From IMG/VR virus record IMGVR_UViG_2537561934_000012, positions 1-45,384 of that record: a DNA stretch of 45,384 nt; one strand, given 5' to 3'. The position numbers and the translations under genes are program-made. The stretch is from a virus (Duplodnaviria > Heunggongvirae > Uroviricota > Caudoviricetes). This document shows, piece after piece, positions 16,517 to 25,570 of the stretch. How positions within the stretch are numbered: the stretch's first letter is position 1; each line of letters starts with the position of its first letter. A model generated the notes under the pieces. The model was not told the origin of the DNA. It did no database searches and saw nothing but the letters and a program-made list of their open reading frames with translations.

Positions 16517-17104
16517 ATGACCACTCAGATTTCTGTCGAAACTCTTTCCCCAATTACACACAACCAAATTCCCGTTATCACTACCGAGTTACTGGCACAG
16601 CTTTACTGTACCGATATCAACAACATCAAAGTAAATTACACCCGTAATTCCGAGCGTTTTGTTGAGGGTAAACACTTTTTCAAGGTTGTTGGTGATGAGT
16701 TGAAAAATTTGCGGGTTACTTTAAGTAACTCACAAAATTTGCAACCATCTTTAAGAGGGTTACAAATTCCCCCGAAAACCCGCTCCCTTATCCTCTGGAC
16801 AGAACGCGGAGCAGCCCGTCATGCCAAAATGCTGGAAACCGATCAGGCGTGGGATGTGTTCGAAAAACTGGAAGACTGTTATTTCAGCCAGAAACAGCCA
16901 CCAGCAGCACAAAACTCCCCAACACCAAATGATGGATGCGCATTGCTGATCCACTTCGATAAACATGGTCAGGTCGAATTCACGGAAAAAGTCCCCGCCG
17001 ATGCGATGGTATGCACTCTGGAACGGTTTAAATTTTATCTGGAGCAATACGGCTGGATCGTTGCCCGTAAAGAGCAACTGGTGGAACGACTGATGAGGCT
17101 TTAA
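16517..17104 (+). CDS. ORF6N-domain-like protein (antirepressor/DNA-binding family), copy 1
   Basis: Start MTTQISVETL preceded by GGAG. N-terminal region (ITTELLAQLY...NIKVNYTRNSERFVEGKHFFKV) resembles the ORF6N pattern. An inverted paralogue lies at 44689..45252. Confidence 0.55.
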   Translation: MTTQISVETLSPITHNQIPVITTELLAQLYCTDINNIKVNYTRNSERFVEGKHFFKVVGDELKNLRVTLSNSQNLQPSLRGLQIPPKTRSLILWTERGAARHAKMLETDQAWDVFEKLEDCYFSQKQPPAAQNSPTPNDGCALLIHFDKHGQVEFTEKVPADAMVCTLERFKFYLEQYGWIVARKEQLVERLMRL

Positions 17105-17180
17105 AAATTTCCCCCGAACGCTTTACGATCGTAAAAAGTTGAATATCCTGTTAAGAGTGGTTACTACGCCACACAGCTTA

Positions 17181-17206
17181 AACCCGCCGCCGAGCGGGTT
17201 TTTTTG
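17181..17206 (+). terminator. Rho-independent terminator
   Basis: AACCCGC, 6-nt loop, GCGGGTT, followed by a run of 7 T. Confidence 0.55.
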
Positions 17207-17401
17207 TGTCCGGAAAGTGGTGCAGTACGTTAAATGCGCATGTTATTTTTCTAAAATTCATGAATAATAAAAATACATACATATATTTACGAATATTGAC
17301 ATGATTTTCTATTGAAAAAAGAGCCGGCATTATTAATATCCATCTTCGGTTCCGAATGGGATATAAAGCGCGGTCATTTTTATTTCTCTTGAGGAACCAA
17401 T

Positions 17402-17477
<76 letters not shown>

Positions 17478-17480
17478 TAT

Positions 17481-17555
<75 letters not shown>

Positions 17556-17920
17556 GCATTTGCAACAAGCCTTATTGTATTGCGTCACTGGTGTATTTTT
17601 TATTACGTGGGAGCAGGTTGTTTTGAAAAAGCATTCTGTTCTCTGGCTATAATTTGAGGCCAGGTGTAGCCTCAGTGCTGATTTTTTTACGACAGCAGAA
17701 TGGTGCATTATCGGTGGAGATTTTGTATTTCCTGGCAGGGTCGGTGATGCATCATTCTGGTGTTGTAAATCGCACCAAAGAGGCGCACCTCAGTGCGAGT
17801 GTGGTTTAAAGAGTCGGTTTAGCTGGAAATCACAGTATCCATACAGCACGGAATACTTCGGGAGGCGCCAGACGCCTCGGTTTAATAACAATTAAAAAAT
17901 TCATCCCTTGCATTGACCAA

Positions 17921-17943
17921 CCGCCATATCTGGCGGTTTTTTT
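17921..17943 (+). terminator. Rho-independent terminator
   Basis: CCGCCA, tatc loop, TGGCGG, followed by a run of 7 T. Confidence 0.5.
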
Positions 17944-18270
17944 ATTCCTTTCTCATGACGAAAAAAGACACGAGCATCCAGGAATACTCGTGGGACAACG
18001 TCCTTTGGATAGCAATTTGCGAGAGGGTGAAAAGTAGCGCGGTCGTCGGATTAAGACCGCGGGACAAAGTCCATGAAGAATAATAAGTATTGGCCCCCTT
18101 CCGGGGACATGTTCATACTACTAAGATTCAGAAGTGGTTTAAATCCTCAAATTAACATTAATTTCCGATAAGTCTTATTTCATTTCTTTGCGCCACATCT
18201 GGCGCGCATCAAATAACGCCACGCAAAGGGCATCTGCGGATGCCGGTGCTTTTGACGGGGTGTTTTTTAC

Positions 18271-18292
18271 GGGCCGCTGGTGGCCCTTTTTT
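18271..18292 (+). terminator. Terminator-like hairpin immediately upstream of the lysis genes
   Basis: GGGCC, gctggt loop, GGCCC, followed by a run of 6 T, about 20 bp before the holin-like gene's ribosome-binding site. Confidence 0.5.
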
Positions 18293-18311
18293 ATTTACAG
18301 GAGAAAAAAGT

Positions 18312-18704
18312 ATGTCTGAACCCTTATCCGGTTCCGGCACGGCTGCGGCGCTCGGCGGGGCGACGGTGTACGGGCTGTTTACCGGGACGGATTTCGGGAT
18401 TGTGTTTGGTGCGTTCGCCGGTGCGTTATTTGTGGCAACGATGCCGCAGGCGCTTTCAGCCTGGCGTGTGGCGGCGCATTTTCTGGTGTCGTTCATTATC
18501 GGCGTGCTGGGGGCAGAGGTTCTGGCGTCCTGGCTGGTAAAGCATACAGGGTTTGACGGTGCACCTGTCGACGCACTGTGTGCAGTGCTGGTGTCAGTGG
18601 TGTCGGTGAAGATTCTGTCGTTCATCCACCAGCAGGATATTGCATCACTGGTGTCCGGTGTGTTCTCCCGCCTGCGGGGCGGAGGAGGCGGCAATGTTAA
18701 GTAA
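18312..18704 (+). CDS. Putative holin (130 aa, multi-pass membrane protein)
   Basis: AGGAG Shine-Dalgarno. Gly/Ala-rich hydrophobic segments. First gene of the lysis cluster. Confidence 0.5.
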   Translation: MSEPLSGSGTAAALGGATVYGLFTGTDFGIVFGAFAGALFVATMPQALSAWRVAAHFLVSFIIGVLGAEVLASWLVKHTGFDGAPVDALCAVLVSVVSVKILSFIHQQDIASLVSGVFSRLRGGGGGNVK

Positions 18705-18972
18705 CCTTCCCGGATTGCTGAATGTGGCGTTATGCACGGTTATCGTGCTGACGCTCTTTTTTTATCGTCGTCGTGACTCCAGACACAAACCGCTGATGTC
18801 ATGGCTGGCCTGGCTGCTGATGCTGCTGTATGCCTTTGCGCCCCTCAGCTATCTGTGCGGTCGCCCGTTAGCGGTGAACTGGCTGGCGGTGGGGCTTAAT
18901 CTGCTGTTCTGCGTGTTGGTGATTCGCGCACGCGGGAACGTTTCAAAAATCTTTGTATTACGAAGGCGCTGA
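18694..18972 (+). CDS. Putative holin or antiholin-like membrane protein (93 aa)
   Basis: Three hydrophobic segments with a basic C-terminus. Overlaps the upstream gene's end and precedes the endolysin. Confidence 0.45.
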   Translation: MLSNLPGLLNVALCTVIVLTLFFYRRRDSRHKPLMSWLAWLLMLLYAFAPLSYLCGRPLAVNWLAVGLNLLFCVLVIRARGNVSKIFVLRRR

Positions 18973-18973
18973 T

Positions 18974-19519
18974 ATGAAGTCGAAAGATGAAATTTTTGAC
19001 GAAGTTCTGGGAAAAGAGGGCGGTTACGTCAATCACCAGGATGATAAAGGCGGACCGACAAAATGGGGTATTACTGAAAAAGTTGCCCGTGCGCACGGAT
19101 ACCAGGGCGATATGCGTGATCTGACGCGCGGACAGGCGCTGGAAATACTCGAGGCGGACTACTGGTATGGACCACGTTTTGACCAGGTGGCAGCGTTATC
19201 CCCTGATATTGCCGCAGAGTTGTGTGATACGGGCGTCAACATGGGGCCAGCCGTGGCGTCAAAAATGCTTCAACGCTGGCTGAACGTTTTCAACCTGCGC
19301 GGGAAACTGTATCCGGATATGGATGCAGACGGACGTATCGGGCCGCGTACTCTTAATGCATTACGGGTATATCTGAAAAATCGTGGCAGGGATGGAGAGC
19401 TGGTAATGCTGACCGCACTGAACTGTACGCAGGGTGACCGCTATCTGGAGCTGGCAGAGAAACGGGAGGCTAACGAGTCGTTTGTTTACGGCTGGATGAA
19501 AGAGCGCGTAGCAGTTTAA
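18974..19519 (+). CDS. Endolysin, glycoside hydrolase family 108-type muramidase with C-terminal peptidoglycan-binding domain
   Basis: N-terminal EGGYVNHQDDKGGPTKWGIT motif typical of GH108. C-terminal region resembles PG_binding_3. Confidence 0.7.
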   Translation: MKSKDEIFDEVLGKEGGYVNHQDDKGGPTKWGITEKVARAHGYQGDMRDLTRGQALEILEADYWYGPRFDQVAALSPDIAAELCDTGVNMGPAVASKMLQRWLNVFNLRGKLYPDMDADGRIGPRTLNALRVYLKNRGRDGELVMLTALNCTQGDRYLELAEKREANESFVYGWMKERVAV

Positions 19520-19615
19520 AAACTGACACTGAAGTGCTGAACACCCTCAACTCATGCAGGCTCTTTTCTGGGGCTACGATGAGCAAAAGTAAGGGGCATA
19601 GCATTAGATAGCAAA

Positions 19616-19650
19616 AACCCCGGCTGCGGTAACAGTCCGGGGTTTTCTGT
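19616..19650 (+). terminator. Rho-independent terminator after the endolysin
   Basis: AACCCCGG, 13-nt loop, CCGGGGTT, followed by a T-rich tract. Confidence 0.5.
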
Positions 19651-19679
19651 TTCTGGCCTTGGGTAAGGCAAAGGAGAAC

Positions 19680-19862
19680 ATGAGGAAGTATAAACTAATT
19701 CTGTTGAGGTTGACTATGAAAAACGGCCTTGAATTGAAAGCGCCCGTAACTGATGACATCAGCAGAGCGGTGGCTTTTGCCATTAAGTGGGTGGCTGTCG
19801 GTATCGCTGTGTCTCCGATGCTGTATGGGATGGCAAAATTGATCATTGCTGTGAAATCGTAA
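19680..19862 (+). CDS. Hypothetical small membrane protein (60 aa)
   Basis: AAGGAG Shine-Dalgarno and a C-terminal hydrophobic segment. Confidence 0.3.
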   Translation: MRKYKLILLRLTMKNGLELKAPVTDDISRAVAFAIKWVAVGIAVSPMLYGMAKLIIAVKS

Positions 19863-19879
19863 GTGGGGCAGGGGTAAAT

Positions 19880-20014
19880 ATGTCAGATAGCATTATAAAA
19901 CTGGCGCGAATTCTCTGTGTGGTTGTTGGCCTTTCATTTTCAGCAATGTTGGTTGCCATTTTCATTTCCACCACCTGGCGAGTATTGAGCTTATCCGGAT
20001 TGATTGGTGGATAG
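19880..20014 (+). CDS. Hypothetical small membrane protein (44 aa)
   Basis: Single transmembrane segment (ILCVVVGLSFSAMLVAIFI). Confidence 0.3.
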   Translation: MSDSIIKLARILCVVVGLSFSAMLVAIFISTTWRVLSLSGLIGG

Positions 20015-20018
20015 TGAG

Positions 20019-20201
20019 ATGAAGCGAAAACACTGGACACACAGAATGCCGCGAACGGCGGCGAAATGGGCACTGGTAGCGATACTGGTGCCTTTTTTAT
20101 TGGTGGGATGCGTCAGCCTGGATAAGGCGCGCCAGCTTTTCGATACAGCTTCTCAGGTCTGCAAAATTGTCGACGGTGTCCGGCATTGCATGCAGAACTG
20201 A
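20019..20201 (+). CDS. Putative lipoprotein (60 aa) with lipobox LLVGC
   Basis: Signal-peptide-like N-terminus with a lipobox cysteine. Could be a spanin-like component, but no canonical partner is seen. Confidence 0.35.
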   Translation: MKRKHWTHRMPRTAAKWALVAILVPFLLVGCVSLDKARQLFDTASQVCKIVDGVRHCMQN

Positions 20202-20372
20202 TCGCCTGTAAGAGCAGAATATTTTGCTGAAAAATGAAGGATGCGTCAGCGTCCGGAAAGCATGAAATTCTGTGTTTGTGGCTACTCAATAAAATAAATT
20301 CTTTCTTTCGCCGCGAATACTCAAATGTTGATCAGTGCCCGGTGCGGCGACGGGCTTCGATATCAGGAGACG

Positions 20373-20723
20373 ATGATGGAAACAACAGAAAACAAACCGA
20401 TTGTAATTGGTGCCGCTACTGTCCCGTTTAAGTTTGAGTTGTCTCAACTGGTGGAGATGCGCATCAGTGATGAATGGGGTGAGGTTAAAGCTCGCGCGCA
20501 GTATGCGGATGGCGAAAACCAGTACTTGATCCACTACAAGGCTGCTGATGGTCGCGCCACAACGGCGTGGTTTGGTGAGTCAATGCTGGGAGCAACAGAA
20601 GATGATCGCCATCCGGGCTGTCCGGTATTTGCCGGTATGAAATTACCGGAAGGTGCAGTTGAACTGCAGCCGGGTGAGGTGTTCGTAATGACAGACATCA
20701 TTGATGGTAAACCGCAGTATTAG
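20373..20723 (+). CDS. Hypothetical protein (116 aa)
   Basis: AGGAG Shine-Dalgarno. Lies between the lysis genes and cos. Confidence 0.4.
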   Translation: MMETTENKPIVIGAATVPFKFELSQLVEMRISDEWGEVKARAQYADGENQYLIHYKAADGRATTAWFGESMLGATEDDRHPGCPVFAGMKLPEGAVELQPGEVFVMTDIIDGKPQY

Positions 20724-21139
20724 CGTATTGAAATGAATAGTAAGAGTGCTCGCCTGATTCGTGAGTAACAGGCATTACAGCAGCCCTTCACTCTAAGGGG
20801 TTGCTGTAATGTGAGAAATAAAAAACCGGTCACAGGGAGCAGCTACACAGAAGCGGCCGGCGAAGACCGCCAATACCACCCATGCATTGATGTAACATAC
20901 TAATGACAATAGCCGCTATTGATGTAAATGCAATGTTATGCATCGACGAAAATAAAAAACCGGCAGGGGAAATCCATTGAAGATTTGCCGGTGGCAAAAG
21001 AGGGCCATGTTTTTAACCTTAGTCGCAGAGTTACGGAGTGCAACTACGAATGCTGCCGGTATATGGCTGAATGGCGTTTCAATGATGTACGTCATCTTAT
21101 CTGTAAATGTTAATGACAAACGCTCTCATTTGTGCGGGT

Positions 21140-21260
21140 CCTTCCGGTGGGGTGGCCTGCCACGGGGCGGCAGCGGCGCGGATTTTCGCTATTTATGAAA
21201 ATTTTTCGGGAAAAAGCGTGTCGGTACTTCTCGTGTATAACTCATTGTTTTTTCATAAAT
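21140..21260 (+). promoter_or_regulatory. cos site (cosQ, cosN, cosB), lambda-like
   Basis: GCGGGTCCTTCCGGTG...CACG GGGCGGCAGCGG...GATTTTCGCTATTTATGAAAATTTT closely matches the remembered lambda right-end / left-end junction, directly upstream of Nu1. Confidence 0.65.
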
Positions 21261-21352
21261 CACATCCGTAAAAGGTACGACATGAAAGTGCCCGAAAAAG
21301 ACGTTTTTGAGCACTTCCATGTCGGACCCTGCATTTGATATGGAAATGTTTT

Positions 21353-21901
21353 ATGAAGGTTAACAAAAAGAAGCTCGCGGAAATTTTCAACGTGGATCCA
21401 CGAACGATTGAACGCTGGCAGTCTCAGGGGCTCTCTTGTGTCTCTGGTGGTAGTAAGGGGGTTGAATCTGTATTTGATACCGCCATGGCAATTCAGTGGT
21501 ATGCGCAGCGCGAAGCCGATATTGAAAACGAAAAACTCCGCAAAGAGACCGAGGATTTGCGTGCGGCTGCGGAATCATATTTACAACCCGGCACCATTGA
21601 CTATGAGCGCTACCGACTCACAAAAGCACAGGCTGATGCACAGGAACTGAAAAATGCCCGCGAAGAAGGGCTGGTACTGGAAACGGAATTGTTTACCTTC
21701 ATTCTGCAACGTGTGGCACAGGAGATTTCGGGGATACTTGTACGTGTGCCGCTGACATTACAGCGTAAATATCCGGATATTTCACCGTCACACCTTGATG
21801 TGGTGAAAACTGAAATCGCAAAAGCCTCCAACGTTGCAGCTAAAGCTGGTGAGAGCGTAGGCGGGTGGATTGATGATTTCAGACGCACAGAAGGCAGCTA
21901 A
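21353..21901 (+). CDS. nu1: Terminase small subunit Nu1
   Basis: [27 protein letters not shown]... and ...[23 protein letters not shown]... match remembered lambda Nu1. Confidence 0.85.
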   Translation: MKVNKKKLAEIFNVDPRTIERWQSQGLSCVSGGSKGVESVFDTAMAIQWYAQREADIENEKLRKETEDLRAAAESYLQPGTIDYERYRLTKAQADAQELKNAREEGLVLETELFTFILQRVAQEISGILVRVPLTLQRKYPDISPSHLDVVKTEIAKASNVAAKAGESVGGWIDDFRRTEGS

Positions 21902-23789
21902 TGCAGCCGGTGCGATAGCAACAGGGCTTGTATCTCTCAATATTCCGGTACCACTGACGACAGTTCAGTGGGCTGATCAGTATTATTATCTGCCAAAAGA
22001 GTCTTCATATACTCCCGGGCAATGGGAAACACTGCCGTTTCAGGTTGCCATCATGAACAGCATGGGGAATGACCGGATCCGCACCGTTAATCTGATTAAA
22101 TCGGCGCGTGTTGGTTACACCAAAATGCTGTTGGGGGTGGAGGCTTATTTTATTGAACACAAATCCCGTAACAGCCTGCTTTTTCAGCCGACAGATTCTG
22201 CGGCAGAAGATTTTATGAAATCCCATGTCGAACCAACGATAAGAGACGTTCCTGTATTACTGGAGCTGGCTCCGTGGTTTGGCAGAAAACATCGGGACAA
22301 CACGCTTACCCTGAAACGTTTCTCCTCCGGTGTGGGATTCTGGTGTCTGGGCGGAGCTGCTGCCAAAAACTACCGTGAAAAATCTGTGGATGTGGTCTGC
22401 TATGACGAACTCTCCTCGTTTGAACCGGATGTGGAAAAAGAAGGTTCACCAACCCTGCTTGGCGATAAGCGTATCGAAGGTTCGGTATGGCCTAAATCCA
22501 TACGCGGCTCAACGCCCAAAATTAAAGGTTTTTGCCAGATTGAAAAAGCCGCGAATGAATCTGCGCATTTCATGCGATTTTATGTCCCTTGCCCTCATTG
22601 TGGTGAAGCCCAGTATCTGAAGTTTGGCGATGATGCGACGCCGTTTGGCCTGAAATGGGAGAAGGGTAAACCGGAGACGGTGTATTACCTGTGTGAACAT
22701 AATGGCTGTGTGATCCGGCAGTCGGAACTTGACCAGACCGACGGGCGGTGGATTTGTGACAATACCGGGATGTGGACGCGTGACGGTCTGACATTTTACA
22801 GCGCCGGTGATGAGGAAATCCCGCCACCGCGCTCAATCTCGTACCACATCTGGACGGCATACAGCCCGTTCACCACCTGGGTACAGATTGTTTATGACTG
22901 GCTTGATGCACTGAAGGATCCGAATGGCGTCAAGACGTTCATTAACACCACGCTGGGGGAGCCTTATGAAGAGGCTGTGGCAGAAAAACTGAGCTTTGAG
23001 TTGTTGCTGGAAAAAGTCTGCCACTATGATGCGCAGGTTCCCCTGCGGGTGGTTTACCTGACCGCAGGGATCGACTCTCAGAAAAACCGTTATGAGATTT
23101 ATGTCTGGGGCTGGGCTCCTGGCGAAGAAGCTTTTCTGATTGACAAGCAGATCATCATGGGGAGACCGGAAGATGAGGACACCCTTAAACGCGTTGATGC
23201 CGTGATCCGGAAAAAATACCGTCATGCAGATGGCACTGAAATTTCCATTTCCCGCGTCTGCTGGGATACCGGTGGTATTGACCAGGACATTGTGTATCAG
23301 CGATCCAGAAAACACGGCACTTTTTTTGTGCTCCCCATCAAAGGGGCGTCGGTGTACGGCAAGCCGGTGATCACCATGCCAAAAAAGCGAAACCAGCGTG
23401 GGGTGTTTTTGTGTGAGGTGGGTTCCGATACCGTCAAGGAAATGCTGTATGCGCGTTTTGCCCTGCCGGTGGTATCTCCCAGTGAAGTCGCACCGTATAC
23501 CTTCCGTTTTCCGGATAACCCGGACATTTTTTCTGATGTTGAAGCTAAACAACTCGTGGCAGAAGAGCTGGTTGAAAAAGTTGTGAACGGGCGGGTGAAA
23601 CTCCAGTGGGATGCCAGAAAACGGCGTAATGAAGCTCTGGACTGTCTGGTGTATGCCTATGCAGCGCTGCGCATTTCCGTTCAGCGGTGGCAACTGGATC
23701 TGGATGCACTGGCCCGCGCCAGAAGAGATGAACAGGACGACGATGAAATGACTATTGAAGAAATCGCAGCTGCTCTGAGTGGAGGATAA
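21870..23789 (+). CDS. A: Terminase large subunit A
   Basis: 639 aa. ...[34 protein letters not shown]... matches lambda gpA. Confidence 0.9.
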   Translation: MMISDAQKAANAAGAIATGLVSLNIPVPLTTVQWADQYYYLPKESSYTPGQWETLPFQVAIMNSMGNDRIRTVNLIKSARVGYTKMLLGVEAYFIEHKSRNSLLFQPTDSAAEDFMKSHVEPTIRDVPVLLELAPWFGRKHRDNTLTLKRFSSGVGFWCLGGAAAKNYREKSVDVVCYDELSSFEPDVEKEGSPTLLGDKRIEGSVWPKSIRGSTPKIKGFCQIEKAANESAHFMRFYVPCPHCGEAQYLKFGDDATPFGLKWEKGKPETVYYLCEHNGCVIRQSELDQTDGRWICDNTGMWTRDGLTFYSAGDEEIPPPRSISYHIWTAYSPFTTWVQIVYDWLDALKDPNGVKTFINTTLGEPYEEAVAEKLSFELLLEKVCHYDAQVPLRVVYLTAGIDSQKNRYEIYVWGWAPGEEAFLIDKQIIMGRPEDEDTLKRVDAVIRKKYRHADGTEISISRVCWDTGGIDQDIVYQRSRKHGTFFVLPIKGASVYGKPVITMPKKRNQRGVFLCEVGSDTVKEMLYARFALPVVSPSEVAPYTFRFPDNPDIFSDVEAKQLVAEELVEKVVNGRVKLQWDARKRRNEALDCLVYAYAALRISVQRWQLDLDALARARRDEQDDDEMTIEEIAAALSGG

Positions 23790-24002
23790 GTGATGATTTA
23801 TACGCATGAAATGCTATGCGATGCCCGCCGGGCGTTACATGAACTGATGATCGGACGTGCTGTGGTTTCCGTCAGCAAGGACGGGCGTCAGGTTCAGTAT
23901 TCGCGGGCGACAATTGGTGAACTGCGTCAGTATATTGAAGAGCTGGAAAGTGCGCTGGGTGTATCCGGACGGCGTCGTGGCCCGGCAGGAGTGGGGCTGT
24001 GA
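23790..24002 (+). CDS. W: Head-tail joining protein W
   Basis: Small ORF between A and B. ...ARRALHELMIGR...QRRRGPAG resembles lambda gpW. Confidence 0.7.
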   Translation: MMIYTHEMLCDARRALHELMIGRAVVSVSKDGRQVQYSRATIGELRQYIEELESALGVSGRRRGPAGVGL

Positions 24003-25570
24003 ACGGGGAACTGGTGGATATTCATGGGCAGCCTTTACGGCAAAGCATGGGATATTCTGGTGGTGGTTCCGGGTTCGGTGGGCAAATGGCAGAATGGCTG
24101 CCTGCACCGGAAAGTGCCGACGTGGCGCTCTTACCTTCCATTCATCTGGGTAACGCCCGCGCGGATGATCTGGTCCGTAACAACGGTATTGCATCGAATG
24201 CAGTGGAAATTCATAAGGATCATATTGTCGGGCACATGTTTCGTCTGAGTTACCGTCCCAACTGGCGCTGGCTGGGGATGTCGGAAGCAGATTCACATGC
24301 TTTTATTGAAGATGTTGAGGCGGCGTGGATGGAATACTGCGATCCGGTGTTTGGTATGATGGATGTGGAAGGGCGTCGTTCGTTTACCGAATTCATTCGT
24401 GAAGGGGTGGGGGTCCATACGTTTAACGGTGAAATTTTTGTCCAGCCCGTATGGGATGCGGAATCCACGTCATTATTCCGGACGAAATTCAAAACCATCA
24501 GCCCGAAGCGTGTCAGTACACCCGGTTATGGTACCAGCGATCGTTTTATGCGTGCCGGGGTGGAAATAAACCGACACGGAAAAGCGCTGGCCTACCATGT
24601 TCAGGATGATGACTGGCCCGGCTACGGTGTCAGTAAATGGACACGAATTACGGCAACACTGCCTTCCGGACGACCGGGAATGATCCATGTGTTTCAGCCA
24701 CAGGAAGACGGGCAGACCCGCGGGGCCAACCAGTTTTATTCTGTAATGGAGCGTCTCAAGATGCTCGACACACTGCAGGCCACGCAACTGCAGTCGGCGG
24801 TGGTTCGCGCCATGTATGCCGCCACGATTGAATCCACACTGGATTCGGAAAAAGCGTTTGAATATATCGCCGGGGTGGGAGATGGAGGTAAAAATCCCCT
24901 GAACACCATCATGAAAGGCTACGCGCGTTATTACGCCACCAATACGGTAAAACTGGGCGGGGTCCGTATTCCGCATCTTTACCCGGGAGATTCACTGAAT
25001 CTGCAGACAGCCCAGAATGCGGATAATGGTTTTTCTGAACTGGAAAAGGCGCTGTTACGTTACATTGCTGCCGGACTGGGTGTGTCGTATGAGCAGCTTT
25101 CCCGTGATTATTCACAGGTCAGTTATTCCAGTGCCAGGGCATCCGCCAATGAGTCGTGGCGGTATTTTATGGGAAAACGAAAATTTGTGGCCAGTCGCCT
25201 GGCGTCACAGATGTTTGCCTGCTGGCTGGAGGAAGCCCTTATTCGTGGTGTGATCCGTCCGCCGAAATCCCGTTTCTCATTCTGGGAGGCCCGTTCCGGG
25301 TGGTGCCGTGCCGAGTGGATTGGTGCCGGTCGCATGGCGATTGATGGCCTTAAGGAAGTGCAGGAAGCGGTGATGCGCATTGAAGGCGGCCTGAGTACAT
25401 ACGAGAAAGAGCTGGCCCTGATGGGGGATGACTATCAGGAGATTTTCCGCCAGCAGCTACGGGAAACTCAGGAGCGACAGGCTGCCGGTCTTCCGCGTCC
25501 GGTCTGGATAAAGGACGCGTTTCAACAGCAGATCCGACAGACAACGGGAGAAAAAGGCGATGCGCTGTAA
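23999..25570 (+). CDS. B: Portal protein B
   Basis: 523 aa. ...GNARADDLVRNNG..., ...DGQTRGANQFYSVMERLKMLDTLQ..., ...GLGVSYEQLSR... match lambda gpB. Confidence 0.9.
   Translation: MNGELVDIHGQPLRQSMGYSGGGSGFGGQMAEWLPAPESADVALLPSIHLGNARADDLVRNNGIASNAVEIHKDHIVGHMFRLSYRPNWRWLGMSEADSHAFIEDVEAAWMEYCDPVFGMMDVEGRRSFTEFIREGVGVHTFNGEIFVQPVWDAESTSLFRTKFKTISPKRVSTPGYGTSDRFMRAGVEINRHGKALAYHVQDDDWPGYGVSKWTRITATLPSGRPGMIHVFQPQEDGQTRGANQFYSVMERLKMLDTLQATQLQSAVVRAMYAATIESTLDSEKAFEYIAGVGDGGKNPLNTIMKGYARYYATNTVKLGGVRIPHLYPGDSLNLQTAQNADNGFSELEKALLRYIAAGLGVSYEQLSRDYSQVSYSSARASANESWRYFMGKRKFVASRLASQMFACWLEEALIRGVIRPPKSRFSFWEARSGWCRAEWIGAGRMAIDGLKEVQEAVMRIEGGLSTYEKELALMGDDYQEIFRQQLRETQERQAAGLPRPVWIKDAFQQQIRQTTGEKGDAL

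Noticed and set aside
17600-18300. Possible Shiga toxin (stx) or other toxin cargo between Q/tRNAs and the lysis genes
   Set aside because: The position is the classical stx site, but no ORF of 60 aa or more exists on either strand. The region holds only tRNAs and hairpins.
18209-18694. 161-aa minus-strand ORF
   Set aside because: Antisense to the holin-like gene and upstream terminator region; Pro/Ala-rich product. Likely spurious.
22833-23807. 324-aa minus-strand ORF
   Set aside because: Lies entirely antisense within terminase large subunit gene A, which is confidently identified. Product is Cys/His-rich and low complexity. Likely a spurious antisense ORF.
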